Part shown: in pieces, positions 32,448-44,885 of the stretch
Position numbering within the stretch: position 1 is the first letter of the stretch
Layout: every line of letters begins with the position of its first letter
The notes under the pieces: generated by a model
Database searches by the model: none
Told to the model about the DNA's origin: nothing
What the model saw: the letters and a program-made list of their open reading frames with translations, nothing else
Position numbers and translations under genes: made by a program
DNA from: Octopus sinensis
Taxonomy: Eukaryota
Assembly: GCF_006345805.1 (NCBI RefSeq)
Contig: NC_042997.1
Span: 137,764,001 to 137,828,000 of the forward strand
Direction of reading: 5' to 3'
Length of the DNA: 64,000 nucleotides

Positions 32448-33670
32448 TTGACATGTTCACAGCTGGAATATTTTTGATCAACGTTGACATGGAGGTTATG
32501 AAAGATATTTGGACAAATAGCTTTTACTATAGTTCCAGGTTGATCCAAGCCTTGTGAGTGAAACTGGGTTGAAGGAAAATATGTGGAAGCCTACCAGATG
32601 GATTGTACATGTAATTCAAACAGCCACTCATAATGTCACTGATTTTATCAGAAAATTACATTAATGATACACATGCTTGTGGAACATTCGGCCACATGCA
32701 CTCTAATAGAGTGTGTAGGTGGTTCTGTTGCAGGAACAAGAAAACTAATAGAAAATCTATAATCTTTTATAATCTTCATGTCAACTTTGATCAAAAGTAT
32801 TCCAGCTGTGAACATATCATCTTTTTATGTATAATGACCATATTATTGAATATGTTATTTATTTTTAAGACAGTATGATTTCACAGAGACTTAGATGATA
32901 CTGATAGCATGTTACAAGAAGTAGAATTCTTTCTAGTGTTCCCTCTTTCTGTCTCATCCCTGACTTTATAAACAAAATGTAACTAGATAGATTGGTTTGA
33001 TGAATGTGCAAACACTGGACATGGGAAAGTACTTGTGTGATAGTACATATTTTGCCACACAGGTACTTTTCCATTTTCAGTGTTTGCACATTCATCAAAC
33101 CAATCTATCTAGTTACATTAGATATCACAAAATAATATGGTTCCAACAATTACATTGTAAAATCCATGGCAACTTGATGAGCTTACAATGCTGAGATCAC
33201 TTTCTTATATTTTACCAGATCTGATCACTTGTTTATAAAGTCAGAGATGAGACAGAAAGAGGAAACATTAGAAGGAATTCTACTTCTTGTAACATGCTAT
33301 CAATAGCATCTAAGTCTCTGTTAAATCACACCATATACATAAAAAGATGGCATGTTCACAGCTGGAATACTTTTGATCAAAGTTGGCATGGAGATTATGA
33401 AAGATTACAGATTTTCTATTAGTTTTGATAAGTGATTTAGTTGTTCCAGTAACAGAACCACCTACACACTCTATTAGAGTGCATGTGACTGAATGTTCCA
33501 CAAACATGTGTATCATTAATGTAATCTTCTGATAAAATCGGTGACATTATGAGTGGCTGTTTGAATTACAGGTATAATCCATCTGGCAGGCTTCCACATA
33601 TTTTCCCTCAACCCAGTTTAACTCACAAGGCTTGGATCAACCTGGAACTATAGTAAAAGCTACTTGTCCA
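32448..33670. repeat. Nested inverted duplication: outer arms about 32505-32973 and 33229-33670, inner hairpin 32976-33119
   Basis: Direct reverse-complement comparison; the inner arms are 42 bp perfect. Confidence 0.88.
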
Positions 33671-35963
33671 AAAAAAAAAAAAAAATGAATTGGGATTGAG
33701 CTGAATACCTCATGATTGTGAAGCAAACTACTAAATTCCTCAGCCATGCTTGTATTCTGGGACTGTACAACATCAACAACAAAAGCATGTATCTGCACTC
33801 TCTAAGCAAATCAATAAATATCTGTTAAATTTCACTAAAATCACACTCTACCATCTTGAAAATCCAAATTAATGTAGACTCATTGGGCCTTAAACAAAGA
33901 CAAGATGGTTGTAATTGGAATGATTTTGCTCATATTTCTGCTATATCATGGCTGAGCTGAGGCTTAACAGCATGTACTGGTGTTAGGTAAAAAGCCGAGG
34001 CTGTTAGTGTCACATAACCTGACCTGATCTGACAGACTTATATAAATGGTTTTCCCTTTCAAACAAGAAAAAGAAAAATTATATGAAAGAAAAAGAAAAA
34101 ACACCTTCATAGACAAATTTTTTATTCATAACTCATCTCATCTTTATTTAGCCATAACACAACAGATTCATTGAGTTTTATTAAGAAAGTTATTATTTAT
34201 ATTTTCCATTGTTAATTTTCTCCCAGAGTGAGAAAGTATTGTATACAATAGAGGGTTGCAATTAAGTGGGTATGGCTTCAGTCAGGTGCCAGATGAACTG
34301 TTGATGGTTTATTGAGTTCATGAGAGGAATTAATTCATCATCTTCATTTTAAGAGATCTATACTCTTTAGTGGTTAGACAAATCTGATAGTATGTTATTT
34401 TGCTACTTGTCTTGTCTTTCATCATTGTCTCTCTTATGTCTAATGTTCTGAAATCTGACTGTATCACATTTTTCATGTTCTCTCTCTCTCTCTCTCTCTC
34501 AAGCTCTGGTACTTTGTATTATATCTTCATATAAACAAGGACACGTTATATCCTCATCTCAAAACAAGAAACACTTGAAATAACTCTTGATGACCGAGTC
34601 CACTTTGCAAATCCTTAATATGTAGAAATACAGCTCACTGCTTCTCTAGATCAGGCTAGATAAGGCAAAAGAAAACCACTGAAATCTGTTCTCTCCTTTT
34701 TTTGATGTTGTTCAGTCAGGAAGGAAAAGTTGTCCTCATGATCCTTTACAGCCCTCCAACACTGGTGAGAGGGAAGGTATCCTCAGACTGGCGGCTAGAC
34801 ACAAATGCTTGAAACAGAGTGAACTCTGCTAAAAGCACTTAATGACCAAGTAGTAGTGTTAAACTGTAGCCACCTAGATAGGCTACTGCAGGATTTTGAA
34901 CTCAGAATGCAGAGATCCAAAACAAATATAGCAAGGCATCCTGTTCTTCAATGTAACAACTCTGCCAGCCCACCACCATAGGCTGATACTTTTATTTATT
35001 CACCCAGAAAGATGGTAGACAGAATTGACCTTGACAAGATTTGAATTCAAAATTCAAAAAACCAGCAAGGAATTTCATCCATGCTCTAGCAACTGCCATT
35101 TTTCCACCTTCAATCTCTACAAAAAAAAAAATAATAAAATTCAATGTTACCTCAATAACCAAAAGTTATGTGGTATTAAAATCAAAGAATATATAAATTA
35201 AGAGAACTCAGTATGGTTGTTGTGATGATTGAAAAAGTTTGTCATTTTAGACAGATCCTTTGATGAAATAATCAAGTATAATGGCCAGTTGGCAGTAAAT
35301 AGATTAGAAAGTTAGAGACATGAAGTAGATGAAAAGATGTTCACTGTGTGAGTGATGTAAGGAAGAGTGTTGGGTCTGAGTGAGAAGGGCTGAGAGAGTG
35401 GGGAGAGACGTGTTGGGTGTGATAGGAAGTGCTAGCTGTGCACTGTGAGTTAACCAATAATAAGCATGCAGTTACAAAGAAGCAAAAATACAAGGAAAAT
35501 TTGGTAGCAGAATTGGAGGTAAATATTAAATTACCAACATTCCAAAGAGGAAAATCAGCCACTTTTTACTGTATCACTGGGTTGTTTTCAGATTAAGGTG
35601 TTGCTGAACACCTAAGATAAAGAGGTGGTGGTGAAGAATTTGTCAAAGGAGTTGAAATAGCAAGTCACATTGTAGACATTTAACAGATCACCACTCACCT
35701 TACTACCTCTCTGTATGTAGAATTAACGAGTTTCATGGTCCAAAGGTGACTCACCAACTTAGAGAACAAAAGCTCGTTTTTCCAAGTAGGAACTTCAACT
35801 CTTGGTGGTTTGAATACTTACCTCCAAATTCACCACTCACTCCACAACTGTTTCTTTGTAATTGTGTGTCCATCATTGATTAATTTCATTACTACTACCA
35901 CTTACTCTCACTAACTTCCTCTCTCCCTATACAGCTCACATGAACCAACTGTCTCCCTAAATG

Positions 35964-36181
35964 CAAGGGGGTTCTCAAAAGTTCCTGGCTTTAAGGGTGT
36001 CATGAAAGGCCTGGTTGAAGGCTCAACCTTCTGAGTTCTTTTACAGAGCTTAGAAAAACTGAAGGACCACTGCAATAAGTATGTGAATCTGAGAGGAGAA
36101 TATGTTGAATAAAAATCATAATTAACTGATCCTTCTGTATTTTCTTTTACCCAAAGCCAGGAACTTTTCAGCAACCCCTCA
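35964..36181 (+). mobile_element. Mariner-derived MITE (internal deletion derivative)
   Basis: TIRs caagggggttctcaaaagttcctggcttt and aaagccaggaacttttcagcaacccctca, TA on the right; retains a mariner C-terminal trace (NLRGEYVE*). Confidence 0.75.
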
Positions 36182-37389
36182 TAACTCACACTAGTTGCTT
36201 CTTTCTCAGCTTTCTTCCTTCACACTCCTGCAGCATTCATTATTCATTGCAATACTTTCTCATCTACTTTCTTTCCTCATCTTTTAATTTATGCTAGTTA
36301 TTAGATCAAAGGATCTGTTTCTGAAATGTCAGACTGTTTCACTTCTCATAGCAAAGAAACATATTGATACTTACGAATTCTCTTGAATCTTATTACTATT
36401 ACTTTTGTCACTAAGTTCCTTGGATTAGAGATTTTACCCAAAATGAGTAAAATTTAGGTCAACAAAAAGCCAAGGAAAATTAGTGTCAAAAATTAGGTTG
36501 AATGATAAGAAAAGCCAATTTCGTTTTCACATATTTCTGTCAGTAAATATATATTTACTATCAGTTACTTTTATCTTTTCTTTTCATACTGTTATTTGCT
36601 TTTTTGTTTAGGTGAAAATCAGTCACATTTACTTGGCCACAATTTATCATATGCTAGATAACACATGAATAACATTTTAAAAGACCTGTTTAATGTGAGT
36701 GCCAGTTTTTGAACTCCTGATCTTTAGGTGAGTTGTTTAGTGCTCTGACCCTAAAGTTACTTATTTGGTCTTAAGCATACGTTTTATCAGACACATAACT
36801 CCAGTAGAAATAACTATATGGAGAGTTACTAGATTGAGATATGTATTGTATAGTCATAGCACTTAATAATACCAGACATATTTTATAGTGATTTTTAATA
36901 TTAGGCCAAAGCCACAAAATATGGAAGCAAGGTGAATAAGAATTATCAACCTGAGTACTTGTTTAATGACCCTGGAAGGATGAAAGGCAAATCAGCCTCA
37001 GCAAGATCTGAACTCAGGCAGTAAAAGTATATTACTAAATATTGTAAAGTATTCTGCCTATAATTCTACCAATTCTGTTAATCCTTATCAAACATACTAA
37101 AGTTACCAGCACTGGAAGCTTGGTAAACTTTGATATAACTTTTAAAGGATCTGCAAGTTGGTGTTTGATGGTTTGTATAGTGTCACCACCAGTATTTTGT
37201 TTGTAGTCAAGATCAAGATACTTAATGCACAAATGGCCTTGGCATACAATTCAACAATTGATTGAAATGTCTTCTAGGTTGGTACTGCAAGGTATGCAAA
37301 ACTTGCTGTTGTAGGTAGTGGCTACACAGTACATTTGATAACAGTTTCATTATAATAATTAAATTCTGTTCTTCTTATAGGAAACATTA

Positions 37390-38170
37390 TCTCTCTATAT
37401 ATAAACGGCAGTTTGTCTGTCTGTGTGTCTGTGTGTCTGTCAGGTTGTACCCTCACCCTGACCACGGCTTTCAACCGATTCTGATGAAACTTGACACACA
37501 CATAGCACAATGTCATAATTCAAAACTAACGCAGCGAAAATTTTGAAAAGTTCCCCCAGTTCTGAAAAAAAATCGATAAATTTGACATGGGTCGAGAATC
37601 TAAGCTTTTTATATGCAACACATTTTCTACAGACTGTCTAGGGGACGCAACTCGACCTTTTTAACTCTCGGAACACGTGGGGTAAATATCCCAAAATGTA
37701 TAAAAATGTACAAAAACGGCAAAAAAGCGGGCAGCAATGTGAGTGACAACAACGAAAAAGTCAAAAGTGACCAAACTGAACAAACGAATGGAAAAAGTTT
37801 TTTTGGTGCACACGACAAAAGCGGTTTATAATAAACCAAGGGTTTGCAAGTAGCGTCTGAGGACCCTTAGGGTACGTCAAAAATTTAAGGTAAAACGTTT
37901 GGGGTGGTAGTTATAAAGAAAGTGTAAACAAAAAAAGTATTCGAATAACTTGCGCCTGCAGCAGCTATTAGCAGAAGTGGCGGTGTTGGGGGTAAAGTCT
38001 CGAATATAATTTCTTCCTGGTAGGAATTGGTTGGGTTGAATTATCGATAGCTGTCTGATAGTTATTAGAAGACATTGCAACCTACACATGAGGTAAAGGA
38101 CTAGATTGGGATTAGTCGTTACCTACTAGGGGCTCTTACATACCCGGGCAACGCCGGGCTATGCTGCTAG
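37390..38170 (+). mobile_element. Non-autonomous Helitron (781 bp)
   Basis: 5' TC start after A37389; 3' hairpin cccgg-gcaacg-ccggg (38143-38158), then CTAG (38167-38170) and T; (TCTG/TGTC)n near the 5' end; CpG-rich compared with the flanks; no TSD. Confidence 0.88.
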
Positions 38171-39759
38171 TCTGCAATAAACTTGTCATATCCAGAAAGG
38201 CATTTGTCATTCTTCTACTTAGTAGCATATAAACCAGAAATTAGTATCAATCTAGTAGAATGCAAAATATGGTCAAACTCATGATATTTGAAGCTAACTA
38301 TAAAATGTACACACAAAAAAAATCTATTCTTTATGATCATAGTGCCAAGAGATGAGCTGTTAATATGAGATTTCAAATTACATTTGCTACTTGGATATTC
38401 TTTTGTCACATGAAACTTGTTCCATCTAATTCTGATATCCTAATTAATAGACATACAGTTTGCTGATAAGATGAAACATTTTACAATGTATTTATACCAG
38501 GTTCCACTAATAGGATCAGTTTGTCTTTCACTTCTTGGATTGAAAGCTTGTGCCAGTCCAGACTATTGTTTCTAATACAGCACCTTGGTCCATAATGAAA
38601 TATTTCGCTCTATATGAGCCTTAATCTGCAGATAGGAATACCACATCTTAAAGAACTGCATGGGGTTAAATACTAACAAAAATCTCATCATTAAAGAAAA
38701 GGTATTGCCTGAAGAAAACCATTCCACATCATTAATCTTTTACCTGTCCAATGCATTTTCATAAGTTGGTTCAAAATGTTCATGCTTGTTTTCAGAATTT
38801 TAGTTAGCCCTTGTTTTATATGTTCTGAGCAATATAAGTCTTTTCTTTCCTGTCCCAAGTTACTCTAGTAGTTTTAAAAAATTGGGAATGTATATCATAC
38901 ATGATGCATAGATGCCAGAGAAATATGTCCTGTGTATCACATGATATACAAGACAGGCAACGGATTAACACACAATTGGTACAGATAAACTTGATGCAAA
39001 TTTTATCTGTTGGAAGAGAGAATTTAGAATGTTTCCTGTAGTTCTGTAAACTGAAAAATAAAATTCTATATAGTTCTGAGAAGTTTTATTGAAATAACCA
39101 TCTCTCATTCAAAGTTTTTTGATTGCAAACTGGTCAACAAGTCTCCAACAGCAGGAAAGAAAAGTCTAATCCTAGATGGACGAAGCAAGATTGAGTATAA
39201 CCAAAAAAGTTATATCACATCTATGTGGAGAAAAGAAATCAGTTAAAAAGACTCACTGGTATAAGCTCATGAAGAAGGCTTAATGAACTGTCTAACCTCA
39301 AAGCTGTAGACTTATGAAACAGACATTCTAAAGTGATGATGTATATTAACAGTACCCATGAAAATTCTACACTTAGTTTAAAGTTTGTAAGATGATTATA
39401 CATAATCATGAAATATATTTTTTGAAATTGTAATTTGTTAGAAACAGTTAATTCCTGAGGTGGTCCATGTAGGTAGTACCGAATGTGCAATCTTAGGAGA
39501 TAACATCCCTGAAAGAGATGTTACAGACTTGTCACATCTGTCTTGAGAATTGCTATCTATTATTTTTCACTTTAAACTAGCACTCTGTCAGTTACGACAA
39601 TGAGGGTTCCAGTTGATCCAATCAATGGAACAGCCTGCTCATGAAATCAACATGCAAGTGACTGAGCACTCCACAGACATGTGTACACTAAGTAAATCTC
39701 AAGGAAATTCAGTGTGACACAGAATATGACAAGACTGGCTCCTTTGAATTACAGGTACT

Positions 39760-40150
39760 CTCTTTATTCTTTTACTTGTTTCAGTCATGTGACTGTAGTT
39801 ATGCTGGAGCACCACCTTTAGTCAAGCAAATCGACCCCAAGACTTATTCTTTGTAAGCCTAGTACTTATTCTATCAGTCTCTTTTGCTGAACTGCTAAGT
39901 TACGGGGACGTAAACACACCACCTTCGGTTGTCAAGCAATGTTGGCGGGGACAAGCACAGACGCACAAACACACACACACATATATATATGACGGGCTTC
40001 TTTCAATTTTCATCTACCAAATCCACTCACAAGGCTTTGGTCAGCCCGAGACTATAGTAAAAGACACTTGCCCAAGGTGCCACACAATGGGACTGAACCT
40101 GGAACCATGTGGTTCGTAAGTAAGCTACTTACCACACAGCCACTCCTATG
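39760..40150 (-). mobile_element. SINE with an internal (CA/TA) microsatellite, young copy
   Basis: Related copies at about 61820-62210, 54740-55100, 6130-6380 and 63600-63780; tRNA-like head (gttcagtcccactg in the 63600 copy). Confidence 0.75.
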
Positions 40151-42889
40151 CCTACTACTTATTTTTGTCAGCTGGGTCAATTGGATCAATGTGAAAGAAA
40201 GCGTCTTACTCAAGAACACAACACACCAATGGTAATCAATATCATGAGCTGAATACCCATAACCACTAAGCCAAGCACCTTCAACATTTTCCATTTTACA
40301 TAAAAAGTAAACAAACTTAATTGTAGAATGAATCTGTCTTTAATATTGTGTTACTGTATGACTAAGTTGGTAAAGCTTTAACAAATCTTAATACACAGTA
40401 TTACATCCTTGTTTTCATATCATAGGAAAGTTCATATAGCTAGACTTGAACCTACAGTCACAGCAAATGAAACGTGATAGCTACCCATTAAACTGTAGAT
40501 TCTAGAAAAATAACATATCAGTAATTTAGGTGCAGACATGGCTGTAAGGTTAAAAAGATTGCTTCATAATTGTGTGGTTCTGGATTTGGCCTCACTACAC
40601 AGTATCTTGGCTAGAGTTTTCTGCTATAGCCTAGAGCTGATTCATGCCCTGAATGAAATTTTGTAAGCAGAAATATGGAAGCTGATGGTGTGTGCATGCA
40701 GCACGCACATGTGAATGTGTGTTTATAATTATGTCATGTAAAACCAGTGATGTTGTTGACGTGCTTTAACAGAGCAGTTCAACATAAAATATGTACCATA
40801 TTTAAAAATATTGATTGGGATTGATATGCTTGAAAGTGGTGACCCAGCCTGGCCATAATCTAATAACCAGCAAAGGACTAAATGAACAAAAAAATATATA
40901 TGCTGAACTTAATCCAATTTATTCATGTTACAATAATTATGACACGCTTGATATGATTATGTCTTTAGTTACACTCTAACTTAGCCTTTAATATGTATTT
41001 ATATATGTATATGTAAGTATGTACAGAATATCTCAGCATGTCTTCCATACTTGTAACAAAATAATACTTTCAATTAACCCTTAAATGGCGACATCATCAA
41101 CTGATGCCAAAGCATCACTTTGTCAAATGTGCCTAACTGTAAGTGACCCTTTTTGATGGGAGAAATGAAGTAGCAAATCAAAGATTTACATAGCTAATGA
41201 AGAAGTTTTTTCTGACTTCCTTCATCAGATGGGGTAGATGATGATATTCCGGGTTGCATGAGCTGCTTCAACAATCTCTGGATGGAAAAACTGCACCAAT
41301 TTTTCTTCATTTGTAAATTTGCATGACAACAATGTGGGAATCTCAATGAATTTATGCTCACACCGGATGTAAAGGAAAGTGAAAATCTTATGACACTTTT
41401 CAAAATTGACTTGGTAAATTTTATTATGAGAGAGACTAACAATTATTATAGCTTTTGTAGTTATTTAAAATGAAAATAGATACAAAAATTACCCTTAAGA
41501 AATATTTTTTTATATTTTTAGCCCATTTGGCACACACATTTATGCAACCCTTTCCTGCTATCTATAAATATGCCATAAGATGTTATGTACTAGGATACAC
41601 TTCATAAACATTTTAGATGCAGAGAGAGGGAAAAAGAGACTGAGTAAACTAAAGAGGCAGTGATATTCTGAACTTTGCTACTCCCTTTCCTTTATTGAAT
41701 TTAAGTCTCCATTTCATTTTCATCCTCTTTCTGTTGCATGTTTACTTTAACTCCCACTCTTACTCAGCCCCTCACTTCTTAAAATACTTATTTTCTTTAA
41801 CTCTTCATTGATTTCAGTATTTCCACTCCTCTTTTTCCTGTTCTTTCCTTCACTGTCTTTGTATCATTCTCCATTTACCATTATTAATACCATTGTCACT
41901 GCCAGCATCACTACCATAACTACCAACAGTTTATTTCTTATATTGTTTGCGCTACTTGGCTGCAGAATTACACTTCCCTATTATATTGCCTAATAAGGAT
42001 TATTTACATACGTTGCAAATAACTTACCTCTGAACAAATTACTTGTGTATAGAAAGCAGAGTTCCCCATCTCCATTCCACCAATTATTCCCTTTCACATT
42101 AATGAGTAATGTGGAAGGGTCTGAAATTTCCTTGATATTCCCTATGTCTACAGAAAGCAGTCCCCCACATCCTTTATTAGAGTGCTTTGTTGTTTTGGAA
42201 TGGAAATATGCAAATGAAGAAGGCAGGTCCTCTCTAATACTGGAGAACACCTACACTTGCATAGACCTGGCAGAATGAAAACTGATAGAGGCTGAGAAGT
42301 ATAACCTTCATTTTCAGCTTTTTATCCATGATAACCCAATTAAGCCTTCATCTGCTGAACCACCTTTTTATACTCTCACATCTCTCCTTTCTCATTGTAC
42401 CATGTTTCTCCATGTAACTAGGAATGGTATTAGACCTACCTGACCCTCTAATTTGTTTCACACATTCTTCTATTCATTGAATCATGATACTTGAATATTA
42501 AGAGATGGCAATTCTCTTTGACTACTATCTCTATCACTCTACCTCTTTCTCCACTGAATACACCTTTGCTTGAAGGATTACATATCTGAATGTAATTAAT
42601 ACACCCTACTATTACCTTTATTTGCCTGCTCATTACTTATTACTCTCTTTCACCATTGTGCCACCACTATCCCCCATTACATCTCACCTTATTCTATTTC
42701 TTCTTTAACTTAAACCCTACTGTTCCTCCTTTCACCCACTGACTCTAGTTCTGTCATTCTCTCTTTCTCTTCACTTTTTCTATCCTCTTAAGCATATTGC
42801 CTTGGACAAAGATGCTATAGTATAGTAAGGCCCCTCAGCCTTGTGGGGCATAAAGCAATCTAGTGTTGGTGCCAAGTTTTCAAGTGATA

Positions 42890-43190
42890 TTCTGTCAGTT
42901 ACGACAATGAGTGTTCCAATTAATCTGATCAATGGAACAGCCTGCTCATGAAATTAACATGCAAATGGCTGAACACTCCACAGACATGAGTACCCTTAAC
43001 ATAGTTCTCAGGGAGATTCAGTGTGACACAGAATGTGACAAGGCTGGCCCTTTGAAATACAAGTACTATTCATTTTTGCCAGCTGAGCAGACTGGAGCAA
43101 TGTTAAATAAAGTGTCTTGCTCAAGGGCACAATGCATTGCTGGGAATTGAACTCACAATCGTGAGCTGAATACCCTAACCACTAAGCAAT
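42890..43190 (-). mobile_element. SINE with tRNA-like head (related copies at about 39575-39760, 15770-15990, 26570-26830, 53830-54050)
   Basis: Shared core ggaacagcctgctcatgaaattaacatgcaa...gtgacacaga; B-box-like gtgagttcaattcc on the - strand. Confidence 0.68.
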
Positions 43191-43249
43191 GAATTGAGAC
43201 AACATAGGGTTGAGAGGAATGCCTCAATCTGGCTGTGGGCATGATAGTG

Positions 43250-43710
43250 TTGATACCTTGACAAAATATACCTGGTATTGTCTATAAAGTGGTTTTAGTT
43301 AGGAAGTGCATTGAACCACAGAAATCATGCCTCAAATAAAATACATAAGTAAGATGTGGTCCTCCAAGTCATTTAGGAGGCAATATCTCCAAATAAAATC
43401 TTGGAATCGGAGACCCATCCAACCTGTGCCATCAGGAAAAGCAGCTATAAAATGCTGATGAGGATATATAATTCGAGCGAGGTCATTGCCAGTACCGCCT
43501 GACTGGCCCCCGTGCCGGTGGCACGTAAAAGCACCCACTACACTCCTGGAGTGGTTGGTGTTAGGAAGGGCATCCAGCTGTAGAAACTCTGCCAGATCAA
43601 GACTGGAGCTTGGTGCAGCCATCTAGTTCGCCAGCCCACAGTCAAACCGTCCAACCCATGCTAGCATGGAAAGCGGACGTTATACGACGATGATAATGAT
43701 GATGATGACA
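43250..43710 (+). mobile_element. Composite of the same SINE-like family
   Basis: Same motifs and (GAT)n tail as 62555-62942. Confidence 0.7.
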
Positions 43711-44055
43711 TATATAGAATATAAAGAAAAGTCAGGCGGTATGAGATGAATATATTTATTTTACCAGTTGATATCCCATAGGATGACGATCGTTTTGCAG
43801 CCAACATCATACAAAAATAATTTTAGTGTATAATTAATTATTTTACATGTCTGCTATAAATTGCATAAACCTATCGTACATTTTACAAACGAATGCAGGT
43901 AAAGAAGGCTAGCTCATCAGATCAACAGAATATGAAAACATCTATTTTCTCAACTCTTCAAATCATCAAAAGTCCCCCAAAGGGAACTTTTTGTGATTAT
44001 CACCAGGTTATGTAAATCCATATATTGTGTGCTATATATATATATATATATATAT

Positions 44056-44480
44056 AATTGCAGCATGGAAGGTGTTTGTAAGCCATTTAAGAAACACACA
44101 AAAGCCGTTCGATTCACTTCAACATCTAAGTTTAATTTGTCAAAATATTTTCGTCGCTAAAATCCGCAACCTGTTCACTGACAAAAATCCGTGCTGCATC
44201 CAATTGAATGCTTCATTCAATTGCTGTAGAACTCAAACATCGAGCCTGATGAGCCAACTTGATGCAGATGGTTTTCAATACTCAGTTTGGTTATATGGAG
44301 AATATTTGTGATCACCCTGGTTATATAAGAGTGGATGGTGTCAGCTAACACCTTCATTTTGATGCTGTTAATGTCAGTTGGCCAGCCAGACTGAGAATCG
44401 AACGGCTTTTGTGTGTTTCTTAAATGGCTTACAAACACCTTCCACGCTGCAATTGTTTTCGTTCCAGCACACGATCTCAG
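44056..44480. mobile_element. Inverted Penelope-type terminal repeats (60-bp arms at 44056-44115 and 44395-44454) enclosing a hammerhead relic and a copied mariner fragment
   Basis: The arms are reverse complements with one mismatch; the interior 44210-44396 matches 45620-45806; (TA)n on both sides. Confidence 0.75.
44139..44182 (-). ncRNA. Degenerate minimal hammerhead in a Penelope-type pLTR
   Basis: Minus strand reads gtca GTGAACA g gttgc ggatttta gcgac GAAA atat T T tgac; stem I gtca/tgac and palindromic AATATT helix III; two core changes. Confidence 0.45.
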
Positions 44481-44512
44481 ATCAAATCACTTGCTACGTG
44501 AGTACATCTCCG

Positions 44513-44554
<42 letters not shown>

Positions 44555-44885
44555 TACTGGTGACTGATGGTATTAAGGGCAGACATCGGGACACACATAC
44601 ATACAGTGTAATAAAATCTGTAAATATATTATTGTTCTTACCATATTAATATATAGATATATATAAAATATAACATGTCTTGAATGACACAAAAATGCAG
44701 AGTGGACTATAATAAATGTTATAATTTAATTATTCATAGTCTGATATAATAATGTTTTGGAATATAAAATGTCCTTCTTCAGACATCACTGAGCTTTACA
44801 GTTGATAAAATATATATATATGTTATTGTAGATACACCATTATATCTTATTTAGTATTATACCATTGAAAGTTGTGTTTATTATA

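Noticed and set aside
37130-37330. Possible LINE endonuclease trace (ILVVTLYKPSN) on the - strand
   Set aside because: The resemblance to the YRPP motif is too short and degenerate to support a call.
38760-39320. Splice-like signals and a ~70-codon open frame on the - strand
   Set aside because: The implied intron is only 36 nt, downstream frames contain stops, and there is no recognisable homology.
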